Part shown: one piece after another, positions 7,794 to 16,885 of the stretch | Numbering within the stretch: position 1 is the first letter of the stretch | Layout of the letters: every line of letters begins with the position of its first letter | Assembly (NCBI GenBank): GCA_028285285.1 | Contig: JANQPW010000048.1 | Location: forward strand, 1-29,006 | DNA length: 29,006 nt | Reading direction: 5' to 3' | Source of the DNA: Silvanigrellales bacterium | GTDB lineage: Bacteria > Bdellovibrionota_B > Oligoflexia > Silvanigrellales > Silvanigrellaceae | Notes under the pieces: model-generated | Seen by the model: the letters and a program-made list of their open reading frames with translations, nothing else | The model's database searches: none | Told to the model about the DNA's origin: nothing | Program-made: the position numbers and the translations under genes

Positions 7794-9149
7794 CTAGCTC
7801 GCTAGCTGCAGGTTGGCAAGCGTAGCAAGGGGAATAAAGAAGCAAAAAAGGGTTCCCTTCCCTTTGTTTGACTCCACTTCTATCCGTCCTCCAAGTTTGT
7901 CCAATTCTTCCTTCACAGCCGAAGTTCCAACTCCTCGCCCAGAAGAGGTGGTCACCTGATCCCCTGTGCTCACTCCCTCTGAGAACAGAGCCTCCACGAG
8001 ATCGTCTTGAGTTTCAGATGGAAGTCCAGCGCCTCGGGCTTTTTCTGCAATTTTCTCCCAGTTGATTCCTCGGCCATCATCAGAGATTCTCACCACGAGA
8101 TCGTTTTCAGTCTCTTCGGCCGAGAACTTGACCAGCCCATCAGGAGACTTCCCGAGAGATTCCCTTTCGCTGGGCTCTTCAAGTCCGTGGTCGACAATGT
8201 TTCGAAGGATGTGGATGAGGGAGACCCAAAACCCTTTGAGGCCATCTGGCACACGAAGAGACTCACTCTGCGTCTCGACTTTTAGTTTCTTGGCTGAGTT
8301 TTCGGCAATTCTTGTGAGCTGAGAGGCGAGCCTCTTGAAGCGTATTGCGACAGGATCCATGGGCAATCGAAGCACTGAAACGAGTATTTCGCTCCAGTCT
8401 GTGTTCGCCATTAAGTGCATCACAAGGTCGTCATATTCTTGGCGGGTCATGAGGATCATGTCATTGTTTTCCATGAGGCCCTGGAATATCTCGGTTGTCT
8501 CTTTCCACTGCTTTTGAATGTCGATGAGTTCGTCACGAATGCCTTCGGGACTACTTCCTTGGAGTTTGTCTTCAACCGTGTGAACCGTCTTGACGAGGCT
8601 TTGAATATTGTAGCAGCCTGAGTTGCCCTTCACGGTGTGCAGTGTTTTTGCAAGGGAGCTTTTGTCGCTGATCTCTCCGAGGTTTTCGATTAGTTCGTTT
8701 GTTTCTTTGAGGAAGGCTTTAGAAACCTCAATGTCTTTTAGTAAAGACTCGACGATCTGCTCCCGCTCAGAGTTTTGGGGTGTTGAGGAGGTCTCCAGTT
8801 TGAGGCGAACTGCATATCCTGCAAGGGTGCCTCCAGCGTTATCGGGCTGGAAATCGAGTGTGTAGCTTTGTTCACCCAACTTCGTGCGAGTGGGAAGCTC
8901 TGTGATCTGCATTCCGAAGAGTTCAAAATCTTGAACCCAGGTCGACAACAGAAACTTGAGTTGCTCTACTTCTGCGGGGTTCTCAGCAATCACGTCGGCG
9001 ATGTGGGTGTCGAGAAGGCCGCTCGACTCTGAAAAGCGTGATCTGAGGAGATGTTTTCCGCTCTCGCTCATGCGTTCGGTCAGGCGCCCGTCTGGCTCGC
9101 AGTAATAGATCACATCACCAAAAAGCTCGTAAAGCGAGGCGCTGGACAT
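7794..9149 (-). CDS. Soluble CheA-like histidine kinase (PAS-like N-terminus, Hpt, HATPase_c; no CheW domain)
   Basis: Hpt LHTVKGNSG; N-box HILRNIVDHGLE; ISDDGRGI; FSEGVST...SGRGVG; protein ends just after the ATPase domain; no hydrophobic transmembrane stretch seen. Confidence 0.88.
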   Translation of the reverse strand: MSSASLYELFGDVIYYCEPDGRLTERMSESGKHLLRSRFSESSGLLDTHIADVIAENPAEVEQLKFLLSTWVQDFELFGMQITELPTRTKLGEQSYTLDFQPDNAGGTLAGYAVRLKLETSSTPQNSEREQIVESLLKDIEVSKAFLKETNELIENLGEISDKSSLAKTLHTVKGNSGCYNIQSLVKTVHTVEDKLQGSSPEGIRDELIDIQKQWKETTEIFQGLMENNDMILMTRQEYDDLVMHLMANTDWSEILVSVLRLPMDPVAIRFKRLASQLTRIAENSAKKLKVETQSESLRVPDGLKGFWVSLIHILRNIVDHGLEEPSERESLGKSPDGLVKFSAEETENDLVVRISDDGRGINWEKIAEKARGAGLPSETQDDLVEALFSEGVSTGDQVTTSSGRGVGTSAVKEELDKLGGRIEVESNKGKGTLFCFFIPLATLANLQLAS

Positions 9150-9333
9150 CGTGACACTCCAGGTTCAATTTTAAAAAATTCTTGTGGAGTATTTTAACAC
9201 ACAGGCTCAGGGCGTTTCGCTCCTGCTCGCATTTTTTAATCTTGTGATTTTGCCCAAAAAAAGCACAACTTCTTCAAATTATTGAGAGCCTTCCGCTGCA
9301 TAAATTTTGCCGTTGACGTAAAAATGACAGATG

Positions 9334-9351
9334 TTTTTGGACAGCCAAAAA
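9334..9351. promoter_or_regulatory. Inverted repeat upstream of the gvpA promoter, candidate regulator site
   Basis: TTTTTGG-ACAG-CCAAAAA, ending 4 bp before the predicted -35 element. Confidence 0.4.
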
Positions 9352-9355
9352 TTCC

Positions 9356-9382
9356 TCAAGTCGGAAACACATCCACCGATGA
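9356..9382 (+). promoter_or_regulatory. Sigma28/FliA-like promoter of gvpA
   Basis: TCAA-N15-ACCGATGA, 40 bp before the gvpA ATG, which has a GGAGGAG RBS. Confidence 0.5.
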
Positions 9383-9422
9383 TTGGAGAGTGTTTTGACT
9401 CTTACAACTGGGAGGAGAAGAA

Positions 9423-9644
9423 ATGGCTACTGTTCAAAAATCGAATGACTCGAACTCACTTGCAGAGGTTGTTGACCGCATTCTGGATAAGGGTATCGTC
9501 GTAGATGCATGGGCACGCGTGTCCATTGTTGGAATTGAGCTTGTTGCCGTTGAAGCTCGCGTTGTAGTTGCTTCAGTCGACACATATCTCAAGTATGCTG
9601 ATGCAATAGGCTTGACGACGACCGCAGCAGCACCAGCAGCCTAA
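9423..9644 (+). CDS. gvpA: Major gas vesicle structural protein
   Basis: [19 protein letters not shown]...[24 protein letters not shown]: unmistakable GvpA. Confidence 0.97.
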   Translation: MATVQKSNDSNSLAEVVDRILDKGIVVDAWARVSIVGIELVAVEARVVVASVDTYLKYADAIGLTTTAAAPAA

Positions 9645-9674
9645 CCATTCGGTCGCTGCGGGTCTGTTTCAAAA

Positions 9675-9695
9675 TGTGGGCTTTTTTTGCCCCAC
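9675..9695 (+). terminator. Stem-loop after gvpA (attenuator or mRNA stabiliser)
   Basis: TGTGGGC-T7-GCCCACA, 30 bp after the gvpA stop; no 3' U-tract, so not a classic intrinsic terminator. Confidence 0.55.
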
Positions 9696-9794
9696 AGTAA
9701 ACCGTCCTCACGCTTGTGAGGGCATCCTTTTCCTTTGTTTCGTTTTCAATTTTTAGGACACTGAGCTGGAAAGAACTCTCAGTTGAGGTCTCGT

Positions 9795-10292
9795 ATGGCA
9801 CGATCAGCTTATTCAGAGATGCGAGAATCATTTGCCAAACAAAGAGAGGAGCGGGCTCGCAGGCTCGATGAGATGCTGCAGCGAAGCCGTTCCGCTCGTC
9901 GAACGGTTCGACCCGTTTCGTCACCTCCTTTGCCCTCGGCACCTGCGGCTCAGGAAAAGGCGCAGCCAGAAGAACAAGAAGAGGTTCTGGCTTCCCCGAA
10001 GGTGCAAGAGGAGGTTGTGTCTCCTTCTCACGAAGAAGTGCCTCAGTCTGGTAACCCAGATTCACAGACGACCACTCCAGCAGAGTTTGAGACCATTGAG
10101 GCTTTTCTGCAAGGTTTGCCGGGGCAGGGCTTTCAACTGACGGTGTCGGAGCGGGATAAGCTTGCAAAACTGATGGCAAACGCCCTTTATGTGCAGGTCT
10201 CTACAGGCTTTTTTGAGGCGTTTTGCAAAGACTATTTGCGCACCTACATTCGTGATCGTTTGCAATCAACAGAACCGAGTGGAGCAAATTGA
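9795..10292 (+). CDS. Hypothetical gas vesicle protein in the gvpC position
   Basis: ATG 9795 after GAGGT; Arg/Glu-rich N-terminal helix, Pro/Glu-rich linker, helical C-terminus; stop overlaps the gvpN start. Confidence 0.7.
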   Translation: MARSAYSEMRESFAKQREERARRLDEMLQRSRSARRTVRPVSSPPLPSAPAAQEKAQPEEQEEVLASPKVQEEVVSPSHEEVPQSGNPDSQTTTPAEFETIEAFLQGLPGQGFQLTVSERDKLAKLMANALYVQVSTGFFEAFCKDYLRTYIRDRLQSTEPSGAN

Positions 10293-11359
10293 TGGCGGCA
10301 CCACATCAGAATCAACCCCTTTCGAATTCAGGCTCGAAACTTAACGAAGGGGCGCAAGACCATTCGGCACAAAACCCTTTGAACATTGCGGTTGACGTCG
10401 AGAGCCCAGACGTGTCTCAGCCAAATGTTCCCAGTCAATTGCAAGAAGATGAGGGTATCGTTTTTACGGAAGAAATCCGAGAAATCACCGAGCGTGCCTT
10501 AACTTATCTGGAGGCCTGCGATGCGGTCCATCTCTACGGGCCTCCTGGTTGTGGAAAAACCACCCTGGCATTGCGAATTGCAGCATCAATTGGTCAAAAA
10601 ATTGTGTTGATCCAAGGCAGCGCGGGGATGAGCCCAAATGATCTCGTGGGCCAGCGAAGCGGTTGGAACCGCAGCACTGTCGTTGACAACTTCATCCACT
10701 CGGTTAGTAAAGTTCAAGAAAGTACCCGTCTGGAATGGAAAGACAGCCACCTTTTTCGGGCCATAAAAAATGGCTACACAGTGGTCTACGATGAGTTCAA
10801 TCGGGCATCTCCAGAGGTGAACAATGTGCTCCTTTCCGTTTTGTCCGAGGGCATTCTGTTCACCCCGCATTCGGATGGTGGTTCCACAGAACCCTTTGTG
10901 AGGATCCATCCCAATTTTCGGATCATTTTCACATCCAATCCAGAAGACTATGCAGGGGTGCATTCCACGTCAGATGCTCTTTGCGACCGCTTTGTGAGTA
11001 TTAACGTGAGCCGTTATCGAGTTGAGACTGAAGCGGAGATCATCCGCATGAAGGGCGGTGTGGACTTTGCGGACGCTCTCACACTGGCTCAGGTCGGGAA
11101 AAAGATCCGCGAGAGCATTGGTCTACGACACAATTGGCCGAGCCTGAGGTCACTCATTTCCATCGCTACCGTGTTGCGCTTGCGAGGAGGCCGTGCCCGA
11201 CCTGGGGACGAGGTCTTTCGCTGGGCGATATCCGACATTTTTAATCCCGATCAACTCAAACCTGTTCGACAGGGAGACGAGGTTCTCCGAAAAAAAGTTG
11301 AAAACATCATTCACAAACTCTGCAAAACAGAGGTTTCTGGGGGAGAGTCTGCGGCATGA
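10292..11359 (+). CDS. gvpN: Gas vesicle AAA+ ATPase GvpN
   Basis: GPPGCGKTT, TVVDNFIHSV, YDEFNRASPEVNNVLLSVL, HPNFRIIFTSNPEDYAGVH. Confidence 0.95.
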   Translation: MAAPHQNQPLSNSGSKLNEGAQDHSAQNPLNIAVDVESPDVSQPNVPSQLQEDEGIVFTEEIREITERALTYLEACDAVHLYGPPGCGKTTLALRIAASIGQKIVLIQGSAGMSPNDLVGQRSGWNRSTVVDNFIHSVSKVQESTRLEWKDSHLFRAIKNGYTVVYDEFNRASPEVNNVLLSVLSEGILFTPHSDGGSTEPFVRIHPNFRIIFTSNPEDYAGVHSTSDALCDRFVSINVSRYRVETEAEIIRMKGGVDFADALTLAQVGKKIRESIGLRHNWPSLRSLISIATVLRLRGGRARPGDEVFRWAISDIFNPDQLKPVRQGDEVLRKKVENIIHKLCKTEVSGGESAA

Positions 11360-11697
11360 GTGCTGAGCGGAAGCGCATCTCCCGGCAACCTGCGCCGGCT
11401 CGATGTCAGGAAATTGCGCGTAACCGCTTTACTCTTGCGAATCTTGAGCTCATCAAGGCGCGACTTTTGAAAGACAGGCAGAAAACCCTTAAGCGGCTCA
11501 ACGACATTGAAAATGAGATTCTGCGCATCCTTCGAAAACAGGATGCACTCGAAGGCCACATTGAGGAATTGAGCCCGTCTGCACAAAGAAACGATGAGTC
11601 CTCTTCCCATTCTGAAGCCTCTCAGGCACAGAACTCGCGACAAACCAATGTTGACCGCATCACAGGCGGCCTTCTCACATCAGTAAAAGACAGGTGA
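11356..11697 (+). CDS. Small coiled-coil gas vesicle accessory protein (GvpV-like)
   Basis: ATGA overlap with gvpN; LANLELIKARLLKDRQKTLKRLNDIENEI resembles, from memory, Serratia GvpV, which also follows gvpN. Confidence 0.6.
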   Translation: MSAERKRISRQPAPARCQEIARNRFTLANLELIKARLLKDRQKTLKRLNDIENEILRILRKQDALEGHIEELSPSAQRNDESSSHSEASQAQNSRQTNVDRITGGLLTSVKDR

Positions 11698-11714
11698 CAG
11701 AGTCAGGAGAGTTC

Positions 11715-13550
11715 ATGCCGGAATTCAAAGGGCTTCACCAACTCCTCGAAATCGCAAAAGAGCTTGAAGAACGCCTTGACAAGGGCGGAGCCGTCTTTGA
11801 GTCGGGGGTTCAGACAGGGAGGGCCGGCGGTAGGGGAGGCACAGCCCCCAAGTTCGGTTTGAGGAATGAGGGCTCCCGTGACCTTCATCGGAGAAGAAGG
11901 GAGTCCCCGCGCCCCTCTTCCGTTGAGAAACCTCGGAGTGGGAAGCAGGAGCCAAACCTGCGAGTTGAGCCGAGCAACCAAGAGCACATGGGGGAACACT
12001 ACCAAGACCTGGTTGAACTCATGAGCTTGGCATTGGTACATGGTAACAAGCTGAGATCCATGGGTATTAAACCCACACGGGGTCTTCTTTTGTCGGGACC
12101 TCCCGGAACCGGAAAAACCATGGCAGCACGTGAGCTTGCCAAACAGCTCAATTGCACATTCCTTTCCATTAGTGGCCCAGAAGTGATGTCAAAACACTAC
12201 GGCGAGCCCGAAGCCAAGCTCCGATCAATCTTTGAGGAAGCGCGCCAGCTTGCGCCTGCAGTGATCTTTATCGATGAAATTGATAGCATTGCACCCCAGC
12301 GAGACAAGGTTGAAGGTGAAGTGGAAAAGCGGCTTGTGGCGCAGCTCCTGGCTTTGATGGATGGAGTTCATCAAAGCAATGAAAATTGGATTGTGCTAGC
12401 CACAACAAATGCACCTTCCCGGCTTGATCCAGCACTCAGAAGGGCTGGGAGATTTGACACAGAGATTTCGTTTAAGTCTCCAGATGAGAAACAGCGAGTT
12501 GCTATCCTGCGTCACCTGACTTCTTCAATAGAGGTTTCGCCAGGTGTTTCTTTTGAGGAAATTGCCCTGAAAACAGAGGGTTTTGTTGGCTCAGACCTTT
12601 CTGCATTGTGCCAAAGTGCAACGTTTGCGGCCATCAAGCGGGTTCACCCTGATGGAGTTTCTCACCTTCGAGAGCTCAGTGACGTCACACTCAATGCTGA
12701 AGACTTTGTTCGCGCGCTTTCAGAGGTGAGTCCCAGTATACTGCGGGGTCATCTTGTTGAGGTTCCATCCATTGGTTGGGACGACATAGGTGGAAACGAA
12801 GAGATTAAGTCCAGGCTTCAGGAAACCGTGGGTGCCTATTTTCATCACAAGGAGCTCTACCGCAAGGCTGGTGTGCAGCCTCCTCGAGGGGCCGTTCTTT
12901 ACGGACCTCCCGGAACAGGAAAAACGCTTCTTGCCAGAGCCGTAGCTCACCAGGTTGGTGCAAAGTTCATGGTCGTCAATGGGCCAGAGCTGGTCAGCAG
13001 GTGGATTGGAGACACAGAGGATCGCATCCGAGAGCTGTTTCAGCAAGCCAGAGAGGCTAGTCCCTGCGTTTTGTTCTTTGATGAGATCGATGCATTAGCC
13101 CCTTCGAGGGGAAGCTACGTTGGTGACTCCGGTGTGACAGACAGAGCTGTTGCTCAGCTGCTCACCGAAATTGACGGACTCAGTTCGTCTCGGGAAATTC
13201 TCATCGTAGCCGCAACAAATCGGCTTGAACTCCTCGACCAGGCTCTGCTTCGGGCCGGCCGCTTGGAATTGCACATCAGGGTGCCTCCACCTAGTCTGGA
13301 AGGTCGGAAGTCGATTCTTAAAATAAAGACAGCAATGAAACCACTTGTCGACGTTGATCTGGAACACTATGCGGTCGAATGCGAGGGTTGGACAGGGGCC
13401 GAGTTGGAGCAGCTTGTTACGGAGGCGTCACTCGGCGCCATACGTAGGCAAACTCGTCAAAGCTCGATTGACTTGGATGGTTTTAAGATTGAGCAACAAG
13501 ACTTTGACACCGCTTTTGCTGGGCTTGTAGCGATGAAGAAGGCCACCTAA
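11715..13550 (+). CDS. CDC48/p97-like double AAA+ ATPase lacking the CDC48 N-domain
   Basis: Two Walker A (GPPGTGKT) and two Walker B (FIDEID, FFDEID) motifs, ALRRAGRFD, ALLRAGRL. Start either ATG 11715 (CAGGAG RBS) or GTG 11694. Confidence 0.9.
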   Translation: MPEFKGLHQLLEIAKELEERLDKGGAVFESGVQTGRAGGRGGTAPKFGLRNEGSRDLHRRRRESPRPSSVEKPRSGKQEPNLRVEPSNQEHMGEHYQDLVELMSLALVHGNKLRSMGIKPTRGLLLSGPPGTGKTMAARELAKQLNCTFLSISGPEVMSKHYGEPEAKLRSIFEEARQLAPAVIFIDEIDSIAPQRDKVEGEVEKRLVAQLLALMDGVHQSNENWIVLATTNAPSRLDPALRRAGRFDTEISFKSPDEKQRVAILRHLTSSIEVSPGVSFEEIALKTEGFVGSDLSALCQSATFAAIKRVHPDGVSHLRELSDVTLNAEDFVRALSEVSPSILRGHLVEVPSIGWDDIGGNEEIKSRLQETVGAYFHHKELYRKAGVQPPRGAVLYGPPGTGKTLLARAVAHQVGAKFMVVNGPELVSRWIGDTEDRIRELFQQAREASPCVLFFDEIDALAPSRGSYVGDSGVTDRAVAQLLTEIDGLSSSREILIVAATNRLELLDQALLRAGRLELHIRVPPPSLEGRKSILKIKTAMKPLVDVDLEHYAVECEGWTGAELEQLVTEASLGAIRRQTRQSSIDLDGFKIEQQDFDTAFAGLVAMKKAT

Positions 13551-13594
13551 GGCCCGCTGACAAAGACCCCAAAGGACCAAGAAAGAAGGTTCAA

Positions 13595-14386
13595 ATGACC
13601 GAAGCCATTCAGCTCAACCCTGGGTTTTACATCTATGCAATAGCTCTCGGGGATGTTGCTATTGACTACGGACCCGTTGGGTTGAGGAGTTTTGAGGTCA
13701 CGAGTTTTTCCAGTGAGGGCCTCACGGCAATTGTGAGTAAATGCCCTGGCCACAAGATTCGTCCTGAGCGCAGAAATCTAAAAGCCCACCATGAAGTTTT
13801 GAAGCGTCTCGTTGCCGATCACGCTATTCTTCCAATGGGGTTTGGGTTGTGTGCTCCTTCTGAACAGTCGCTTTGTGGGCTCTTGAGCGACAACGCAGAA
13901 AAGCTGAAAAAAAACCTGGAAGCGATTGAGGGCTGCCGGGAATGGGGAGTGACGGTCAAGCTTGCAAATGGGGACCCTGCGCAGTGGATACTGGAGGTTG
14001 ATCCGGAGCTAGAAGAAAAGCGTAACGAGATCTTGCAATCTGGACACCAAATGTCGCGCGACGACCGGATGAATTTCGGGCAGCAGATCGCCCGTCAACT
14101 GGAGCAGCAGAGAGCCGCCTATGAGCTTGAAGTTCGAAAGTCGCTTGAGTCATGTTGTCGAGAGGTGCGCACCATTGACCTTAAGGCAGATGCTGAAATC
14201 TGCGGCTTTGCACTTCTTGTTGAGAAAGAAAATGAAGCCAAACTAGAAGAGAAAATCAGTGCCATGGCAGCGGGTCTTCCGGAAGCATTTGCTGTCTCTT
14301 TTTCAGGCCCTTGGGCGGCTCACAACTTTGTCGAAGTCCAAATGGATGCCAGCGCTCTTGAAGCGCAGGAGGGGGAGTCATCATGA
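13595..14386 (+). CDS. gvpF: GvpL/GvpF-family gas vesicle protein
   Basis: YIYAI, LKAHHEVL, ILPMGFG, SGPWAAHNFV; immediately before gvpG. Confidence 0.88.
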   Translation: MTEAIQLNPGFYIYAIALGDVAIDYGPVGLRSFEVTSFSSEGLTAIVSKCPGHKIRPERRNLKAHHEVLKRLVADHAILPMGFGLCAPSEQSLCGLLSDNAEKLKKNLEAIEGCREWGVTVKLANGDPAQWILEVDPELEEKRNEILQSGHQMSRDDRMNFGQQIARQLEQQRAAYELEVRKSLESCCREVRTIDLKADAEICGFALLVEKENEAKLEEKISAMAAGLPEAFAVSFSGPWAAHNFVEVQMDASALEAQEGESS

Positions 14387-14616
14387 TCGTTGTTGATAGT
14401 GTTCTCCTATTCCCGATGAAAGGTCTCCTCTGGCTAGCCGGCAAGATCAACGAGTCGGTGGCGCAGGATACAAAAGACCAAATCACAGAGGTCAAAAACA
14501 GGTTGTCGGAGATCTACTTGCTGGTTGAAACAGGTCAAATGAGTGAAGAAGAGTTTGACAAGCAGGAGTCTCAGCTCTTGGAAAAGTTAGATGAGCTTGA
14601 AGGGAGCTCTGATTGA
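14383..14616 (+). CDS. gvpG: Gas vesicle protein GvpG
   Basis: LLFPMKGLLWLAGKI...ETGQMSEEEFDKQESQLLEKLD; ATGA overlap with gvpF. Confidence 0.88.
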   Translation: MIVVDSVLLFPMKGLLWLAGKINESVAQDTKDQITEVKNRLSEIYLLVETGQMSEEEFDKQESQLLEKLDELEGSSD

Positions 14617-16610
14617 CTGATCGGGAACAAGCTCCGTTCAGTGCCGAAAAACTCAGAAGTAAGATCCTTGTGTTTTGCGGCAAAGGGGGGGTTGGAAAGA
14701 CCACTGCAGCGACTGCTGTGTCAAATCATCTTGCTCAGCACGGGGCCTCCGTTCTGCTTGTGAGCTTTGATCCTGCACACTCCGTGCAGGATAGGCTCAA
14801 GGGCGTTCACTATGAGTCTGCACGCTTGCAGACCCTCGAGTTTAACGCTTCCACTGAACTCGAGAGCTTCAAAGAGAAGTGGTTAGAAACAATCGAATAT
14901 GTTGCGGAACATGGGACCTTTTTTGAAAGGCAAGATGTTCAGGAGCTCTTTTCCCTTTCATTTCCGGGAATGGACGAGATGCTTGCATTTCTTTACCTTG
15001 GCCGCGCAATTGAAGAACTGAATGAAGGCGCTTACGACACTATCTGCATTGATACCGCTCCCACGGGCCATCTTCTAACTCTCCTTAAAGCAGAGGAAAC
15101 ACTCCTCCGGTGGTTTTCGACCTTTGGGAGCCTTCTTGGTAAAGAAGAGGAAATGTTTGCGCGATTTGGAAATCGAGGAAATTCGGCTCAGAAGTACCAG
15201 TCTGGGGCGTCAATTCAGATAGAGCAGCAAATTCATGATATTCAGCAAACCGGGGAGTGGCTTCATCGAAAAGCAGAGTTTGTGCTGGTTTCCCAGGCGG
15301 CCCCAATTGTTGTTGACGAAACAATTCGGCTTTGGCTTCAGCTGAGTGAGCAGAAGTTCATCGTCCAGTCTTGTATTGTCAACGATTTTCCACGGCACGA
15401 AGAGGGTTGTTCTCTTTGTCACTCAAATTTTGTTGAGGCAAACACGGAGGCCGAGAGACTTATGTCGGCCTTAGGAGCAGACTTGTCGTTCTTCATTCAA
15501 GCTTCTGGCGCTGCCGACAAGGGAGAGTTTGTTGAGAACTACGTGTCTCACCTCTTAGGCCCGCTCGACCATTCCGCTGAACGGAAATCCGCTGCCGTAC
15601 AAAAGAAACAAGTCCACGACTCTCGCGATGATCGAGTTGAGCTTTGCCACCGTCAGCTCTTTTTGTCGGTTGGTAAGGGGGGAGTTGGCAAAACGAGTTG
15701 GGCTGCTGCCATTGCCGTTGCCCTCGCGCAAAGTGAGGCAGGCCCATCTGTCCTTGTTATTTCGACCGATCCTGCCCACTCACTTGGAGATAGGTTTGGC
15801 GTTGCTTTGGGGAAGAAGCCTCAAACTCTGGAGTTTGAATTTAGTAGTGCAAGCGTCGATGCAATGGAAGTTGATCCCGCTCAGGAACTCGCTTCACTGA
15901 GGCAGAGCTTGGGTCGTCACATTGAAGAAGCATTCGGCGAGAAGTTGAACGGTTCGTCGTTTTCTCTGCGACATGACCAGGAGGCCATTCTTAGCCTTCT
16001 TGAGTTGACTCCCCCTGGCTTGGATGAGCTCATGGCACTGCTTGTTCTTTCAGATGCTTTTGAGCAGGGTTCTTACGATGCAATAGTTGTGGATTCTGCC
16101 CCCTCTGGCCACCTCGTGAGGCTTCTTTCAATGCCCGAAATCATCGAAGATTGGCTGAAGACGATCTTCTCAATCCTTCTCAAGTACAAAAATATTTTCT
16201 CTTCGCTTGGCCTCAATAAAGAGCTCTTTCTTCTCAAACGGAGAGTGAGGGCTCTTCGCGAGCTTATTCAAGATCCAACGCGATGTGGGGCAATCATGGT
16301 CACTCGGGCAACAGATATGTGCCTTGAGGAATGTCGTGATCTTCACAAAAATCTCCAAAAGCTTGGCACGGCGGTATCGGGTCTACTCATCAATCAGGTT
16401 CGTCACCGAGACTCCTGCAACATCTGTGATGACATGTTCAAAAGTGAATCACAAATCATTGACGCCTACCTGCAAGAGTTTGCGCCGCTGCAGCCTAAAG
16501 TTGTTCATAGTATCTATAGGAAAGACTGTGAACCAAAAACGAGCAAGGAGTGTTTCCTCATCGAAAAGCTGGTCGACCTTATCGAAATTCAGGGCGGCCA
16601 CAAGGGCTGA
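14613..16610 (+). CDS. Tandem ArsA/Get3 (TRC40)-family ATPase
   Basis: Two GKGGVGKT, (S/F/T)DPAHS and D(T/S)AP(T/S)GH motif sets; a CxxC in each half. Confidence 0.9.
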   Translation: MTDREQAPFSAEKLRSKILVFCGKGGVGKTTAATAVSNHLAQHGASVLLVSFDPAHSVQDRLKGVHYESARLQTLEFNASTELESFKEKWLETIEYVAEHGTFFERQDVQELFSLSFPGMDEMLAFLYLGRAIEELNEGAYDTICIDTAPTGHLLTLLKAEETLLRWFSTFGSLLGKEEEMFARFGNRGNSAQKYQSGASIQIEQQIHDIQQTGEWLHRKAEFVLVSQAAPIVVDETIRLWLQLSEQKFIVQSCIVNDFPRHEEGCSLCHSNFVEANTEAERLMSALGADLSFFIQASGAADKGEFVENYVSHLLGPLDHSAERKSAAVQKKQVHDSRDDRVELCHRQLFLSVGKGGVGKTSWAAAIAVALAQSEAGPSVLVISTDPAHSLGDRFGVALGKKPQTLEFEFSSASVDAMEVDPAQELASLRQSLGRHIEEAFGEKLNGSSFSLRHDQEAILSLLELTPPGLDELMALLVLSDAFEQGSYDAIVVDSAPSGHLVRLLSMPEIIEDWLKTIFSILLKYKNIFSSLGLNKELFLLKRRVRALRELIQDPTRCGAIMVTRATDMCLEECRDLHKNLQKLGTAVSGLLINQVRHRDSCNICDDMFKSESQIIDAYLQEFAPLQPKVVHSIYRKDCEPKTSKECFLIEKLVDLIEIQGGHKG

Positions 16611-16642
16611 AAAAGCTCTGCCATTTGAATGAGGAAGCCATT

Positions 16643-16885
16643 TTGAGCTCAGCAGAGAGAGGGAAGAAGATTGTGCAAGCGGAACAGAACTCTCTGCTGG
16701 ATGTCATCGATTCTGCCTTAGACACTGGAGTCGCAGCTCGTGGAGAAATCGTCTTGAGCGTTGCAGACATTGATCTTGTTTACATCAGTCTTGGTCTTGT
16801 GATTTCTGAGTTTGGCAAGCTCCAGAATGCCAGCACAACGCCAAAGAAACAGGAAGATTTGCCCCAGGGCGAGTCAGCAGTATGA
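16643..16885 (+). CDS. GvpA/J/S-family minor gas vesicle protein (GvpS/GvpM-like)
   Basis: SLLDVIDSALDTGVAARGEIVLSVADIDLVYISL; start uncertain (TTG 16643 after GAGGA, or GTG 16673). Confidence 0.8.
   Translation: MSSAERGKKIVQAEQNSLLDVIDSALDTGVAARGEIVLSVADIDLVYISLGLVISEFGKLQNASTTPKKQEDLPQGESAV

Noticed and set aside
7794-9149. Canonical chemotaxis cheA
   Set aside because: No P5/CheW domain and no che genes in the window, so no symbol was assigned.
14613-16610. Arsenic-resistance arsA
   Set aside because: No ars operon genes; translationally coupled inside the gvp operon.
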